From Squalus acanthias (taxonomy: Eukaryota): 64,000 nucleotides of DNA. The stretch lies in contig CM059433.1 of assembly GCA_030390025.1 (NCBI GenBank), forward strand, positions 15,750,001 to 15,814,000. Reading direction: 5' to 3'. The notes below the pieces were generated by a model that was given only the letters and a program-made list of their open reading frames with translations, made no database searches and was not told the DNA's origin. Made by a program: the position numbers and the translations under genes. Position 1 is the stretch's first letter, and every line of letters begins with the position of its first letter. Below are positions 12,898 to 25,828 of this stretch, one piece after another.

Positions 12898-15200
12898 TAA
12901 TTGGGCTCCACCCATTGTTGTTGTACCTAAGTCAGATGGTAAGGTAAGGTTGTGTGGTGATTATAAGGTAACCGTAAGCCAGGTTCTAGAGTGTAATCTA
13001 CCCAATACGTTGCCAAATGTGGAAGATTTGTTCACAACGCTGACAGGTGGCCAGATCTTTTCGAAGTTATATCTAACAAACGCCTACCTACAACTTGAGT
13101 TAGATGAAGAGTCCAAGTCATGCTTGACTATAAATACTCACCGAGGCCTATATCAATTCAATAGGCTACCATCTGGAGTGTCTTCTGCCCCATGACATAT
13201 TCCAGGGGATGATGAACCAAATTTTGCAAGGGATTGAAGGGGTCGTGTGTGATTTGGATGACATACTCATTTCAGCACCAAACAGGCCAATCCATGATGA
13301 GGTGTTGAATGAAGTGCTCAAACGGCTAGAGAAGCACGGAGTACGAGTGACAGCTCGCAAGTGTGAGTTGTTTCAAAACTCAGTGGAGTACTTAGGGCAC
13401 AGAGTAGACAAAGATAGTTTACATCCAACCAAGGGAAAGCTGGATGCAATCAGAAATGCACCCACTCCCAAGAATGTCTCTGAACTTCGATCATTTTTGG
13501 GTCTTTTAAATTATTACGGAAAGTTCCTCCCAAACTTGGCTACATTGTTACATCCACTGAATGAGCTGTTGATAAAACAGGTCCCTTGGAATTGGTCAAA
13601 AGAATGCGACACAGAATTCAAAGAGTGTAAAAGCCAGTTAGTAGAGAGTACCATGTTAGTTCACGATGATGTATCTAAGGAGATCAAGCTAGCGTGTGAC
13701 GCCTCTCCATACGGAGTTGGGGCATCGACCTCTCATGTACTAGATAGTGGGGAGGAGAGACCAATTGTTTTTGCTTCACGCACTCTCAGTGCCAGTGAGC
13801 GGAAATATGCGCAGACCGAAAGGGAAGCTTTGTCATTGATTTTTGGGGTCAAGAAGTTTCATAAATACTTGTTTGGTCATAAGTTTACCATAGTTACTGA
13901 CCTTAAGCCCCTGACAGCAATCCTCCATCCAAAGTCCCCAGTTCCAACCTTAGCAGCAGCCCAAATGCAGAGATGGGCTTTGATTTTGTCAGCGTATACG
14001 TATGACATTAAGTACAGATGATCAGCTGATCACAGTAATGCTGATGCTATGTCCAGGTTGCCATCCCCATCACAAGTTACACCCAATAAGGAAGAAGTGT
14101 TCTATTTCTCATACATTGATGAGCTGCCAGTCACAGCTGAAGAGATTGGTAGGGCAACCAAACGTGACCCAATTATGTCAAAGGTGTATGATTACATAGC
14201 AAATAGATGGCCAAACCAGGTATCAGAGGAAGATATCCATCCATACTTCGTTCATAGGAATGAATTGTCAGTGGTTAAAGATTGTATCATGTGGGGAGCA
14301 AGAGTGGTTATCCCAAATAGGTTCAGGTCTAAATTGGTAGAAGATCTTCATGACCAGCACCTGGGAATGTGCTTGACCAAGAGTTTTGTATGCAGTTACT
14401 TATTGGTGGCCAGGTTTAGATAAAGAGATAGAGTACATAGTCAGTCAGTGTACAACATGTCCATCGGTGAGCAGGAAACCACCATTAGTACCATTACAGC
14501 CATGGAAATGGCCTCCCAGAGTGTGGCAAGGGTTACATGTAGATTTTGCTGTGCTAGAAGGACAGCAATTGTTCATAGTGATAGACAGTCACTCGAAGTG
14601 GGTAGAGGTGTTTCCGATGTGGATAATAACAACAAGCAAAACACTAGACAATTTGCGAAGATTGTTTTCTTCATACGGCCTCCCAGAAGAAATTGTTCAG
14701 AAGAGTTCACACAGTTCATGAGCAGAAACGGTGTGAAACATACCAAAGTTCCACCGTACCAACCTGCTTCAAATGGTGCAGCAGAGCGCACAGTACAAAT
14801 TGTCAAATGTGCCCTGATCAAGTAAATGTTGGATCCAAATCCAAAGAAACATCAGTTGTTGTTGGACCATAAACTGGCAAATTTTCTGATTACCTCAAAC
14901 AACAGCCACGAACCAGGTTCTCGTTGTTAAACCCAAACTTGGCATAGTCCGTAGAAGAGAAACAATCAAGGCAGAAAGAGAGTCATGATAAATGGAGAGT
15001 TAGAGAGAAAAGTGTGAAGTTGAACCAGAAGTTTAGAATGAAGAACCATCACCATAAATGGTTAAAGTGCTTACCAGGAAGAGTAGTGAAGATATGTGGC
15101 CCTCGCACATTTTTGGTCAAGATGTTTGATCATGGAAAGGTTAGGTTTGATCACATTGATCATATCTTACCTACAGATGTGGAAGGAGTTGAAAGCTGAG
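12898..15200 (+). pseudogene. Gypsy pol (RT, RNase H, integrase) with stops and frameshifts; protease deleted
   Basis: CGDYKVT, YQFNRLP, DLDDILI, LACDASPYGVGA, HDQHLG..YWWP..CTTC, LHVDFA, PPYQPASNGAAER. Confidence 0.92.
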
Positions 15201-15680
15201 ATGATTCCATTTATTCTAATAAGTCAGATAGTCTTGTTACAAGTAGAGTACCAGTAGCAAATCCTACATCAGATGCACCAGAAACAAGTCCAAGACAAAG
15301 TCAGAATTTAAGTCTGAGCCCAAGTCAGACAGACCAAGTCTGAAAGTGTAGCGAGTCCAAATGTAGATCAAGGTCAGCCCTTGGAGAAAAATTCTCCACA
15401 GGCTCAGCCTAGAATGAGTCAAAGTCCTACAACAAGATCTGAAAGTTCTGTTCAAGAAAGAAGGTATCCTCTTCGAAACAGAAAACCAGTGGTTAAGTTT
15501 AATCTGTTAATATGGAAAATAAGTTCATATCTTTTGTTTGTGTTACAGAATTCTATAGTAGAATTTGGAAATATAAAATGGGTTCCATTTGAGAAATGTA
15601 TACCAAGAGTTGTGTATACCATGCAAGTCATGCACAATGATTATTTGCTATGATTAACTTCTTCAATAAGGAGGGAGAAG

Positions 15681-15800
15681 TGTAATAGAGCCACCTGGTG
15701 GACTACTGATGGATATAATAATAAAGCCATGTGCAGTACAGTTCTTACTGGAAGCCATGTTGTGCTGTTGTGTATATATGCTATGTCCCAAAATATCACA
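15681..15800 (+). repeat. 3' LTR of the Gypsy element
   Basis: Follows the PPT and is followed by TSD AGTCA. Confidence 0.95.
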
Positions 15801-16106
15801 AGTCAGTCATTGATCTGGAGCCTGAAATTAAGAAGCACCTTCCAATCTTTAATGAAACTCTAATTAACCGTACCCTGTTTCTACTTATCTAGATTTAGAC
15901 TTTGTGACCTTAAAAAGTGATACAGCCCCACTTAGCAGTGGAATAATACATTGTGCACTAAAGGGTGCCATGCTTCTGTCCTTAAAAAAGAGTGTACCAT
16001 CCAACTTACTGTGTGCTACACTGTGGAAAAGATGCTTATATATCTACATACAAAGGTTTTTCATGTAGTGTCATACATCATGCTCCAAATGTTACACATC
16101 ATGCAT

Positions 16107-16527
16107 CACGGTGGCATAGTGGTTAGCACTGGTGCCTCACAGCGCCAGAGACCCGGGTTCGAATCTGACCTCGGGTGACTGTCTGTGTGGAGTTTGCACA
16201 TTCTCCCCGTGTCTGCGTGGGTTTCCTCCGGGTGCTCCGGTTTCCTCCCACAGTCCAAAAATGTGTGGGTTAGGTTGATTTGGCTATGATAAATTGACCC
16301 TTAGTGTTAGGGGGGATTAAATATGTGGGGTTATGGGGATAGGATGGGATATGTTAGGGGGAATTAAATACGTGGGGTTACGGGGGTAGGGTGGGATATG
16401 TGTACTGTGGGGATTAAAGCAGGGACAGGGTACTGGATTTGGATGATCAGCCATGATCGTATTGAATGGCGGAGCAGGCTCGACGGGCCGAATGGCCTAC
16501 TCCTGCTCCTAGATTCTATGTTTCTAT
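16107..16527 (+). mobile_element. V-SINE (HE1-like), young copy
   Basis: tRNA-like A/B boxes, V-type central domain, CR1-derived tail; near-identical to 46297-46734. Confidence 0.92.
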
Positions 16528-16775
16528 CACGCTTTGTAGCAGATGGAAATGATTTATTTAAAATGAGAAAGTAAGCTAGTTATTTACCAGCAACTTGAAC
16601 TTCACACACATTTACAACAGCCCTCTGATTTATCTCAGCAATTTTTAAAGAGGTACAGTTAACCGAGATTTACCTAATAGAGCATCTATAAAAAAATGTG
16701 GTTCTGAAAGAGTAATGTCTGGAGCATACGGTTGGATCTCCTGTCAGATTGTTCATTTACAAGTCCAGACGTATT

Positions 16776-17428
16776 AGGGGAGAAATTCAGTATCGCCCTG
16801 TTTGGGGGCGGTAACTTTTGAAAGCTGGGAAACTTAGCGCCAGGCACTAATGATTCCCAGCTTTTAAAAAATGGGGTTTTAGTGCTCCAGGAAGGAAGTA
16901 GAGCGCTAAATCAAGCGCTCCACTTCCTTCCTGGAGCGCTAAAGGACACAGGCGGGGCGGTCGGTGTGCTGCGCTGCACAATGTCCCGTGCAGCGTTGCT
17001 GCGATCCGAGGCTCCTTCCCTCCCTTAAAGGGAATGGCCATCGCTGCAGGCTCTGCATTGGGACCAGTTAGCTGGTCCCCGACGGCGGCTGCGATCCGGC
17101 TCGAACAGCCCCATGCACTCCAGCAGAGTGCCGGACTGATCGATCGCTGCCCAGGAGAAGTAAAAAAAAATGGAATAAAAACATTTCAGAAATTTAGGTA
17201 CTTACCTCGGCAACCTCCCCTTTAACTTTCGCCCCCGAAGCGCCCGGCTACCGGGGCGATGCGCACGGCAATGATGTCACGATCTCCGGGCAAAGGAGAT
17301 CGTGGCGCAAAGTCTTACCGCCGCTACAAACCTCTCACCGAAGGTCGCGGGAGTCGTTCATCTCGCCACGCCCGGGCGGTAAGTTGTTGGCGCTAACGGG
17401 AGGCGCTAACCCACTGAATTTCTCCCCC
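16776..17428. mobile_element. Non-autonomous Harbinger family B
   Basis: TIR AGGGGAGAAATT / AATTTCTCCCCC; TSD ATT. Confidence 0.87.
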
Positions 17429-17638
17429 ATTATATCATGTAATTCACAATGTATTATTGTGCTGTTAAGGAGAGGCTAGGACTCTTTAAGGTCACCAAGT
17501 CTAATTGCTGCTCAGTAAACATATAGTGAAGTCAATCAGAGCTTAATTGCTTTGGTACGAAAGTTTGCAGATTGGAATGTTCTTAGCAATTTCAGGCTCA
17601 GGGCTAATTACCATTGCTTTTTCTCTATTTGTAAGATA

Positions 17639-18308
17639 GGCACAGAAATTCCTGGAAACTTACGCTGCGTCAATGGCATAAGTATGGCATCATGCCAATT
17701 TTAAACGCAATAGATTGAGGAAATCGGATGTCAGGAACTTACGGCAATTTTTACGCTGTGCCTGAATTTCCTCGCTGTTTTGCACGGTTCAGCGTAACCT
17801 CCACCAAAACTCTCTGCTACTCATTAACATAGCTCCGCCCCATACAAAAATGCAGCTCACAAGAATTTCTGAATTCAGACCAATTCTGAAAATTTAACAT
17901 TTTAAGTTTTCACCTAAAATTCTAGGTGTAACTGGACCCGAAGCCACTTTTTCTCGTGTCTTGTGGTGATTTTCTCCGTTATTTCACCTCGCTGAGACTC
18001 ACAATAAATGTATTTTATATATTTTGAATGCATCTTTATGGCAGGAATGTATTTTTCTAAACCTGCTGTTTCTAATGTGCATAAATTTCATCCAGAAAGA
18101 GGGACTTAAAGATGGAGTACGTTGTAAGTTCTGCAATTTCCCCGAGCCCCGATTGTTTATGCTGATTTCCACTTGCTTTACGCTGGTTATTATGTTACAG
18201 CATATGCTAGCGAGAGGCTCAGGAAATTTGGTGTAAGTTACTGATGGGAAGATCGGTGTAAATTTTGGGGAAACTTGCCAATTACGCCGTTTCAGGAAAT
18301 TCTGGGCC
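17639..18308. mobile_element. Harbinger-type MITE
   Basis: TIR GGCACAGAAATTCCTGGAAAC / GTTTCAGGAAATTCTGGGCC; flanks ATA and ATT. Confidence 0.72.
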
Positions 18309-18329
18309 ATTGTCTGTAATGGTGATTAT

Positions 18330-18980
18330 GATGCCTTACCCTCATCCTCACCCTCTCTTGCAGCCTTTGGCATAGTCAATAATGCCATGCTGCTCCAAGA
18401 CTTCTCCTCTGTTGTCCATCTAAGTGAGATTGCCCTTGCTTGGCACCATTCCTACCTACCAAATCGTAGACAGAGTATCACTAGAAAAGGCTTCTCTTCC
18501 CATCCCACACCATCACCTTGGGATTCTCCTAAGGATATATTCATGGCCATACGTATCTACAAGCTTCCCCTTGGTGCCATCATCTGCAGATATCAGATCA
18601 GCTTCCACATGTACGCTGACGCCATCCAGCTCTACCTCTCCACCACCTCGCTCAACCCTTCCACTGCCTCTGGTCTATCAGCCAGCTTGTTCAACAGTCA
18701 GTCTCAGATAAACTGTAACTTCCTCCAGCTAAGCATTGGAAAGACCATCATGTTTGGCCCCTGCCACAATCTTTGCACTGTCTCCACTGACTCCATCCGC
18801 CTCCCCAGCCACTGCCTCAGACTGAACCACCCTCAGTGTCCTATTCAACCCTGAGCTGAGCTTCTGATCCTATATTTTCCCCATCACAAAGACCATCTAC
18901 TTCTGCGTCCATAATATCACCCGGTCCTACCTTGGGACACTTTTGCATGTTAAAGATGCTATATAAATGTAAGTTTTTAT
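18330..18980 (+). mobile_element. Old L2 LINE RT fragment
   Basis: ALAWHHSYLPNRRQ, FHMYADAIQLYLS, CNFLQLSIGKT; L2-like end at ~18950-18975. Confidence 0.8.
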
Positions 18981-21534
18981 TGATTGTTATCATATATCCT
19001 TAGTTGTTTTTCATGAGAAGTTTATACACCTGGTTCTTCTGCTTTTGATTAGCAAATTGGTTTGCGATTTGTTGCAATTTTATGAATATGAAATCAGAGC
19101 AGGCAGGCGCAATTGTGACATATAAATTTGCACATATAGCTGTGACACCCAAAGCATGACATCCAGTATGCGACGGCTAAAATTTGACAGAAAAATGGGC
19201 AGCAAATGCAAGTCGTTGATATGCGTGTGTGCGTGAATGAATTTCCCCCGAAATCCCTCGTTATGCAAGAGAAAATTTTGACTGAGGTGGCAACTTTATT
19301 TTTTCAAATAATTCCAGAACTTCATATCAATGGTTTCTTTGTGCCTGGTGATCTCTCTGGCACTTCACTGCAAAATTTTAAAAGCCTGACTTGTGAGGTG
19401 CATGAGTTGAGTAATCCCTTAAAATGATGTTTATTGGTGTGTAGTAATTTGATATTTACCTTGTAGTGTGCTCCTGTCAAAGGGTAAGTTCACTGAGTGC
19501 ATGCTCCTAGCAAGGAGCAATGATTGGAGAATTGACACTAGTGTTGTAGTCTTGTCTCGACCCCAACCCCCTCAGAATACCAGGCCACTGAATTTACCTG
19601 TCAAATATCCATTTAAATTTGTGATAAAACAAATTGATTCAGAAAACAATGTAGCATAAAGTAACATATACATATTTTCACTTCAGGGTCTTCTTGCATT
19701 GATGACCCAGAAACTCGTTAGAGCAATATCAACTGATTTATCACATGCTTGCACTTTAAGGCTAATTTAATGAATAACTTCAATAACATTTCTGACTGCA
19801 CTGTTTCAACTGTGGAAGTGGTAAAGACCATAACATCTGTGTAACCTTTAAGATAGGGCACACTGACAAAAAGTGACATTAAAGTCAGCCTTCCATTTAC
19901 TCCCTGTTCAAAGTATTTTTAATTGCTACATTTCAACTCGAAGGGATAAGACTGTTTTAAAAAGCTGCACATTTTGTTTTGAGATACAGCACCTGTGTGG
20001 GATTGAGGGCACTCCTGAAATTGAGACTCATTTGGAAGCCTGGCCTCTCACCTTAATGGAATCATAAGTCAATGCAAGAAGGAATTAATTTGGCTGTCTT
20101 ATTGAGAAACTGCATAGATACAGAATGATGAATTACAAAAAAAAAATCGCTTTACTGAAAAAGGTGCAGTGTTTTTTTTTTAAGTATAGGATTCAGGTTC
20201 AGTTTTAGGATAATGGCAGGCAATTGTGCGTTTCCCTTGAACCGTGTTATTCTTAATCTTGAGACTATTTGATGTTGTCACTGGGTTTAAATTAAAAATA
20301 TTCCCTTCCATACCACTGTCATCTCTCACCTTAATAAACATCAGCAGTGAGTCTGTCTGTCCATTTCTCCGTTGTGCTCTGCCCTGCTAAAGACTAGCTG
20401 AGGTGGTTTCCCGTTGTCTTTCTCATGGTTTTTAATATTCAGAGTACCGTCTCCTAGGTGGGCTGCAAACAACGCTAAAAAGTCCCACCCACCCTCTTAC
20501 GAAGGGGGAGCCATCCGCCCCCCCCCATGAGACACAAATACCCCTACTGGACATCAATCCCAAACAACTGACAACTCCATTTAATTTCTCAAACTGTGAA
20601 ATGTAATATTTTATTTTTTTATATTTGTTTATGAGTTATATCCTCTATGCACTATTGTTATTTATAAATGTTTAGTTGGGTTGTCGCGTGGTGCTCTTAA
20701 GGTACTCTAGTTCCATAGGAGATGGGTGAAAACCAACTCCCAGTGATGCATCTTTTGCTGACAAATGCACAGAATTTGTCAATGTGGGCTAGGAATGCCC
20801 AGTATCCAAGGCTCAGAGGAAATATCCAGTACTGAAACTGAGTCAGTATTCAGAGTAGTTGACTTTCCATATGAAGCCAAGCAGTGTCTGAATCACTACA
20901 GATAGTTATAGATTAAATTGGACAGTGGGCAGATAAATGATTCGCTATCTTAAGTGTTGATAAAGACAAGTCAATAATTCTGTCAAGAAAGGCCAGCCGC
21001 AATGTTTCTCACTTATCTCTATTCTCTAATGGTTGCAAACTCTCTTCAATTATAAATGTTCAGCCCCTTGGCTATAAAAAAACATAGCTGGGGTTAAAAT
21101 GCGGTAAAGATGAATTGGAAAATTAGTAGGAGAGTGAAAGCTTTCAAGTGAACTTGACTCTTCCGTTGTTCGCAACTCAACATTCCACAAAGTTTATGGG
21201 GCCATTCACTGATCCCAGAAAAAATGAACCCTAGGGGGGTGAAATTCAGCTTTGACAGTAACGCAAATGGATGACAGTGATTTGGCAGCCCGTTTTACAC
21301 ACCACCCGATTTACTTTCTCATTGTGGAAAAGAAAATCAGTCAGGGGGTAATGTGGACTGTCGATTCACTATCACCCATTCCACACGATCCTGGGGGATC
21401 ATGGCACACTTCTACACCGGAAGAGTAGGGGACTGACATTGCAGGATTTACCTCACATGTTTTGTTACAACTAATTACTGTTGTAACGTAGGCAAAAATG
21501 GCAGCCACACTGCACCAACAACATCCTTTAGATA

Positions 21535-23113
21535 TTATTTTTTATTATTCGTTCATGGGATGTGGGCGTCACTTGCAAGGCTAGCATTTATTGCCCATCC
21601 CTAATTACCCTCGAGAAGGTGGTGGTGAGCCGCCTTCTTGAACCACTGCAGTCTGTGTGGTGAAGGTACTCCCACAGTGCTGTTAGGGAGGGAGTTCCAG
21701 GATTTTGACCCAGCGACGATGAAGGAACGGTGATATATTTCCAAGTCAGGATGGTATGTCACTTGGAGGGAAACTTGCAGGTGATGGTGTTCCTATGCAC
21801 CTGCTGCCCTTGTCCTTCTAGGTAGTAGAGGTCTTGGGTTTGGGAGATGTTGTCGAAGCCTTGGCAAGTTGCTGCAGTGCATCTTGTAGATGGTACACAC
21901 TGCGGCCACGGTGGGCCGGTGGTGGAGGGAGTGAATGTTTAAGGTGGTGGATGGGGTGACAATCAAGCGGGCTGCTTTGTCCTGGATGGTGTCGAGCTTC
22001 TTGGGTGTTGTTGGAGCTGCACTCATCCAGGCAAGTGGAGAGTATTCCATCACACTCCTGACTTGTGCCTTGTAGATGGTGGAAAGGCTTTGAGGAGTCA
22101 GGAGGTGAGACACTCATCGCAGAATACCAAGCCTCTGACCTCCTCTTGTAGCCACAGTATTTATGTGGCTGGTCCAGTTAAGTTTCTGGTCAATAGTGAC
22201 TCCCAGGATATTGATGGTGGGGGATTGGGCAATGATAATGCCATTGAATATCAAGGGGTGGTGATTAGACTCTCTCTTGTTGGAGATAGTCATTGCCTGG
22301 AACTTGTGTGGCACGAATGTTACTTGCCACTTATCAGTTCAAGCTTAAATATCGTCCAAGTCTTGCTGCATGCCGGCATGGAGTGCTTCATTATCTGAGG
22401 AGTTGCAAATGGAACTGAACATCATCAGTGAACTTCCCCACATCTGACCTTATAATGGAAGGAAGGTCATTGATGAAGCAGCTGAAGATGGTTGGGACTA
22501 GGACACTGCCCTGAGGAACTCCTGCAGCAATGTCCTGGAGCTGTGATGATTGGCCTCCAACCACCACAACCATCTTCCTTTGTGCTCGGTATGATTCCAG
22601 CCAGTGGAGAGTTTTCTCCCTGATTCCCATTGACTTCAGTTTTACTAGGGCTTCTTGATGCCACACTCGGTCAAATGCTGCCTTGATGTCAGGGGCAGTC
22701 ACTCTCACCTCACCTCTGGAATTCAGCTCTTTTGTCCATGTTAGGACCAAGGCTGTAATGAGGTATGGAGCCGAGTGGTCCTGGCAGAACCCAAACTGAG
22801 CATTGGTGAGCAGGTTATTGGTGAGTAAGTGCCGCTTGATAGCACTGTCGACGACACCTTCCATCACTTTGCTGATGATTAAGATTAGACTGATGGGACG
22901 ATAATTGGCCGAATTGATTTATCCTGCTTTGTGCGGATGGGACATATCTGGGAAGTTTTCCACATTGTCGAGTAGATGCCAGTGTTGTAACTGTATTGGA
23001 TCAGCTTGGCTCGAGGCCCAGCTAGTTCTGGAGCACATGTCTTCAGCACTACAGCCGGGATGTTGTCGGGACTCACAGCCTTTGCTGTATCCAGTGCGCT
23101 CAGCTGTTTCTTG
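21535..23113 (-). mobile_element. LINE RT 3' half (CR1-group/Jockey superfamily), disabled
   Basis: PDNIPAVVLK, QFGFCQDHS, DIKAAFDRVWH, GVPQGSVL, FTDD, YKAQVRSVMEYS; A-rich tail. Confidence 0.88.
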
Positions 23114-23129
23114 ATATTCAGGTGTTTTT

Positions 23130-23370
23130 AAGAGAGAAATGTTGGCAGGGATACTGGAATAACTTGCTGTTCCTTTTCAAATAGTGGATCTTTAACATTC
23201 GTCGAAACAGACAGCTGGGACCTTACTTTAATGTCGAACCTGAAGAAAGGCACCTGGAACAATGTAGTACGCCCTCCATACTGCACTAGATTGGCCACTT
23301 TGATCATGTGCTGAAATGTTTGTGTGGGGCCCACAATTTTCAGACCCAGAGGTCAACCACACTGACACAC
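23130..23370 (-). mobile_element. Degraded Deu-domain SINE
   Basis: Reverse strand CAGTATGGAGGG..AGGTGCCTTTCTTCAGGTTCGACATTAAA..AAAGATCC; similar to 62555-62750. Confidence 0.6.
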
Positions 23371-23737
23371 AATGGAGAAGCAGCCTGTTGAACTCCCTGC
23401 TTCCAACAGAGCAGGTGCCATTTTCACCGTCATAAGCTCTTCTCAATTTTTTTGATATCCTCAGAGAGTTAATTAATACAAGATAAAGCTGCCAAAAAGG
23501 CACAGCGATCAAATTACAACTTGATCCGCTAATGGTAATCAACCAAAAACTGCCAGATATCTGTTTATTCAACTGCCATTTGTTTGGATCAAAAATTCAA
23601 ATAAGTCACTTTCAGCAGCTCTTTTGATTGCCAGCCTCTAATACTCGGGTGATCTTAAGGTCATGGTGATGCATGATTCTCCCAACAATAGGCTTTTCGG
23701 GATTCCACACAGGTGTATTATTTCCTTCATCAGGTAA

Positions 23738-23921
23738 AGAACATAAGAACATCATAAGAAATAGGAGCAGGAGTAGGCCATACGGCCCCTCAAGCCTGCT
23801 CCGCCATTCAATAAGATCATGGCTGATCATCGACCTCAGCTCCACTTTCCCGCCCGATCTCCATATCCCTTGATTCCCCTAGAGTCCAAAAATCAATCTA
23901 TCTCAGCCTTGAATATACTCA
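23738..23921 (-). mobile_element. CR1 3' tail fragment
   Basis: GATCAGCCATGATCTTATTGAATGGCGGAGCAGGC..CCTACTCCTGCTCCT followed by (TTCTTATG)n. Confidence 0.8.
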
Positions 23922-24870
23922 AAGTGCTAAGAGATACTCTAGCCCTGCATATCCAGAAATACCTTGTCACTTCCTTCACCCAGGCAATGCCATTCAGTAT
24001 AATCAACAAAGCCAAAGTTATGTTGCGATAGCCTTGGTGACGCATAGATACTACAACACTTTATAACGCTCTTAATAATACCCACTGGGCGTGATTTTGG
24101 ATGCTTAAGGGGCCTCGTAGCGCCCAAAAAATCGGGTGCCACCACGCCCAATTTCCCAGCCCCGCCTTCAGCAAGAAAGAAAAAGACATCAGGCAGCATA
24201 CTCTTAGCAGCTTGTTGAATTTTTGTCACAGGATTAAATTCTCATCACTGATGCTGCAGACCTGATAAAATCCTAGGTAACGCTGAAACACATCTCCCAA
24301 TATTTATCTAATCATTATCAGTGTGCTTCATTTAACTGGAGGCCCTCAGCACATTTTTGGATGATTTCTTTGCAGCACTCATCGGACCTAGGCAGCATTC
24401 AACACACCTGCTCCAGCTCGAGCTACTTTCATCAGAGCCTCCTGCAGAAGTGCTATTTTGGCAACTGTTGCATCCTCTGGAATATCCCCCAACTATAACC
24501 TATTGCTCTGCAAAATCATAGATTATCCAACTTCTTAATTTGTTCACATAGACTTCCCAGTTCTTTAACCGCAGCCTCCAATGGTCTTGCACTTCCGACG
24601 GCCGTTGTTCTCGTACCCTGGAGGTCATTCCTTGCACTCCTTGTCTAACTGCTGCAAAGCCACCTTTGGTTTCATCTGTTCTTTTATTAATGCATTTTTA
24701 TATCTACTCTGACTTCTTTATCAACCCTCATCAGTCTACTTTTTTTCTCAGCAGCCCACCCTTTACTTCTATCAACTCCAAGGCCACAGCTGTTCCCCCC
24801 TCGGAACTTTGTTTGATGGCAACTGAGGATATTAGTAATCAGTATTGTGGCCAATGAAGAAATTAAATGA

Positions 24871-25196
24871 TACAATAGCAAAATACTGCGGAGGCTGGAA
24901 ATCTGAAATAACAACAGAAGATGCTGGAAGCACTCAGCAGGCCAGGCAGCATCCGTGGAGAGAGAAACAGAGTTAACGTTTCAGGTCTGGGACCCTTCAT
25001 CAGAACTGGAAAAGGTTAGAGATGTAACAGAGTTTAAGCAGGTGCAGAGGCTGGGAAAGGGGGAGGGGAGGGAAGGAACTGAAGGAATATTCTGTGCTGG
25101 GTAGGAGGCAGGAGAGATTAAATGTTGCAAATGGGGATGGCAGAATCATCAACAGCCTGGCCTGCTGAGTGCTTCCAACATTTTCTGTTGTTATTT
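24871..25196 (-). mobile_element. Penelope-type 3'-end insertion with an inverted segment
   Basis: 14-bp direct repeat AAGAAATTAAATGA (24857-24870 / 25197-25210); 24906-24947 inverted at 25155-25196; homologous to the 25735 and 35742 copies. Confidence 0.8.
24971..25007 (-). ncRNA. Minimal hammerhead ribozyme motif
   Basis: Reverse strand AGTT-CTGATGA-AGGGTC.CCA.GACCT-GAAA-CG-TTA-ACT: both core boxes, helix II, NUH site and a short helix I. Confidence 0.7.
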
Positions 25197-25335
25197 AAGA
25201 AATTAAATGAGCTTGGTTTGGTTCAAGAGCAACGAATCTGTACCTATTTCCTCAACCTGTTCTAGAAGGTTGGTGAGCAAGCCAATACAGTCATAAGGAG
25301 ATTGCTTCATTCTGTCACAGACTTTGTAAAAGATA

Positions 25336-25582
25336 AAAATGAGAAGTCGCACAACACCAGGTTATAGTCCAACAGATTTATTTAAAATTACAAGCTTTCG
25401 GAGCTATCGATCGCCCCTTCTTCAGGTAAAGTTACTATGAACTTTACCTGAAGAAGGGGCGATCGATAGCTCCGAAAGCTTGTAATTTTAAATAAATCTG
25501 TTGGACTATAACCTGGTGTTGTGCGACTTCTCATTTTTGTCCACCCCAGTCCAACGCCGGCATCTCCGCATCATGACCACTA
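25336..25582. mobile_element. Penelope-type terminal repeat in foldback form (99-bp perfect arms, 6-nt loop)
   Basis: 25335-25433 is the reverse complement of 25440-25538; flanking 12-bp direct repeat TTGTAAAAGATA (25324-25335 / 25583-25594). Confidence 0.85.
25448..25484 (+). ncRNA. Hammerhead-like motif (mirror copy on the minus strand)
   Basis: CTGAAGA-A-GGGGC.GATCGATA.GCTCC-GAAA-GCTT-GTA; helix I is not evident. Confidence 0.5.
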
Positions 25583-25791
25583 TTGTAAAAGATAGAACAA
25601 CTTTGAACTTTTCTGATGACAGGTCAGTTTTGCTAGTCATTTATGGCTGGCAACTGCCTTTTTTGTTTAATCCTTTCAGGTCTGTGGTAGTTGACAAGCT
25701 ACAACATCAACCAAACTGGAATGGCGACTTATAAACAGAAAATGCTGGAAATCCTCAGCAGGTCAGGCAGCATCCGTGGAGGGAGAAACAG

Positions 25792-25828
25792 GGTTAGTGT
25801 TTCAGGCCAGTGACCTTTCGTCAGAACT
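25792..25828 (-). ncRNA. Minimal hammerhead motif, diverged
   Basis: Reverse strand AGTT-CTGACGA-AAGGTCACTGGCCT-GAAA-CA-CTA-ACC. Confidence 0.55.

Larger units (their letters stand above)
11652..15800 (+). mobile_element. Ty3/Gypsy LTR retrotransposon, internally deleted and disabled
   Basis: 120-bp LTRs TGTAATA..TATCACA; TSD AGTCA; PBS-like TGGTGATGAGG; PPT AAGGAGGGAGAAG; domain order gag, RT, RNase H, integrase. Confidence 0.96.

Noticed and set aside
16107..16180. tRNA gene
   Set aside because: It is the tRNA-derived head of a SINE and runs on into the SINE body.
20440..20710. Small MITE with AGAGTACC / GGTACTCT ends
   Set aside because: Only an 8-bp inverted match, with no TSD or second copy.
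24087..24690. Further Harbinger remnant (TIR-like start and faint Myb-like peptide)
   Set aside because: Too decayed, and no matching right end was found.
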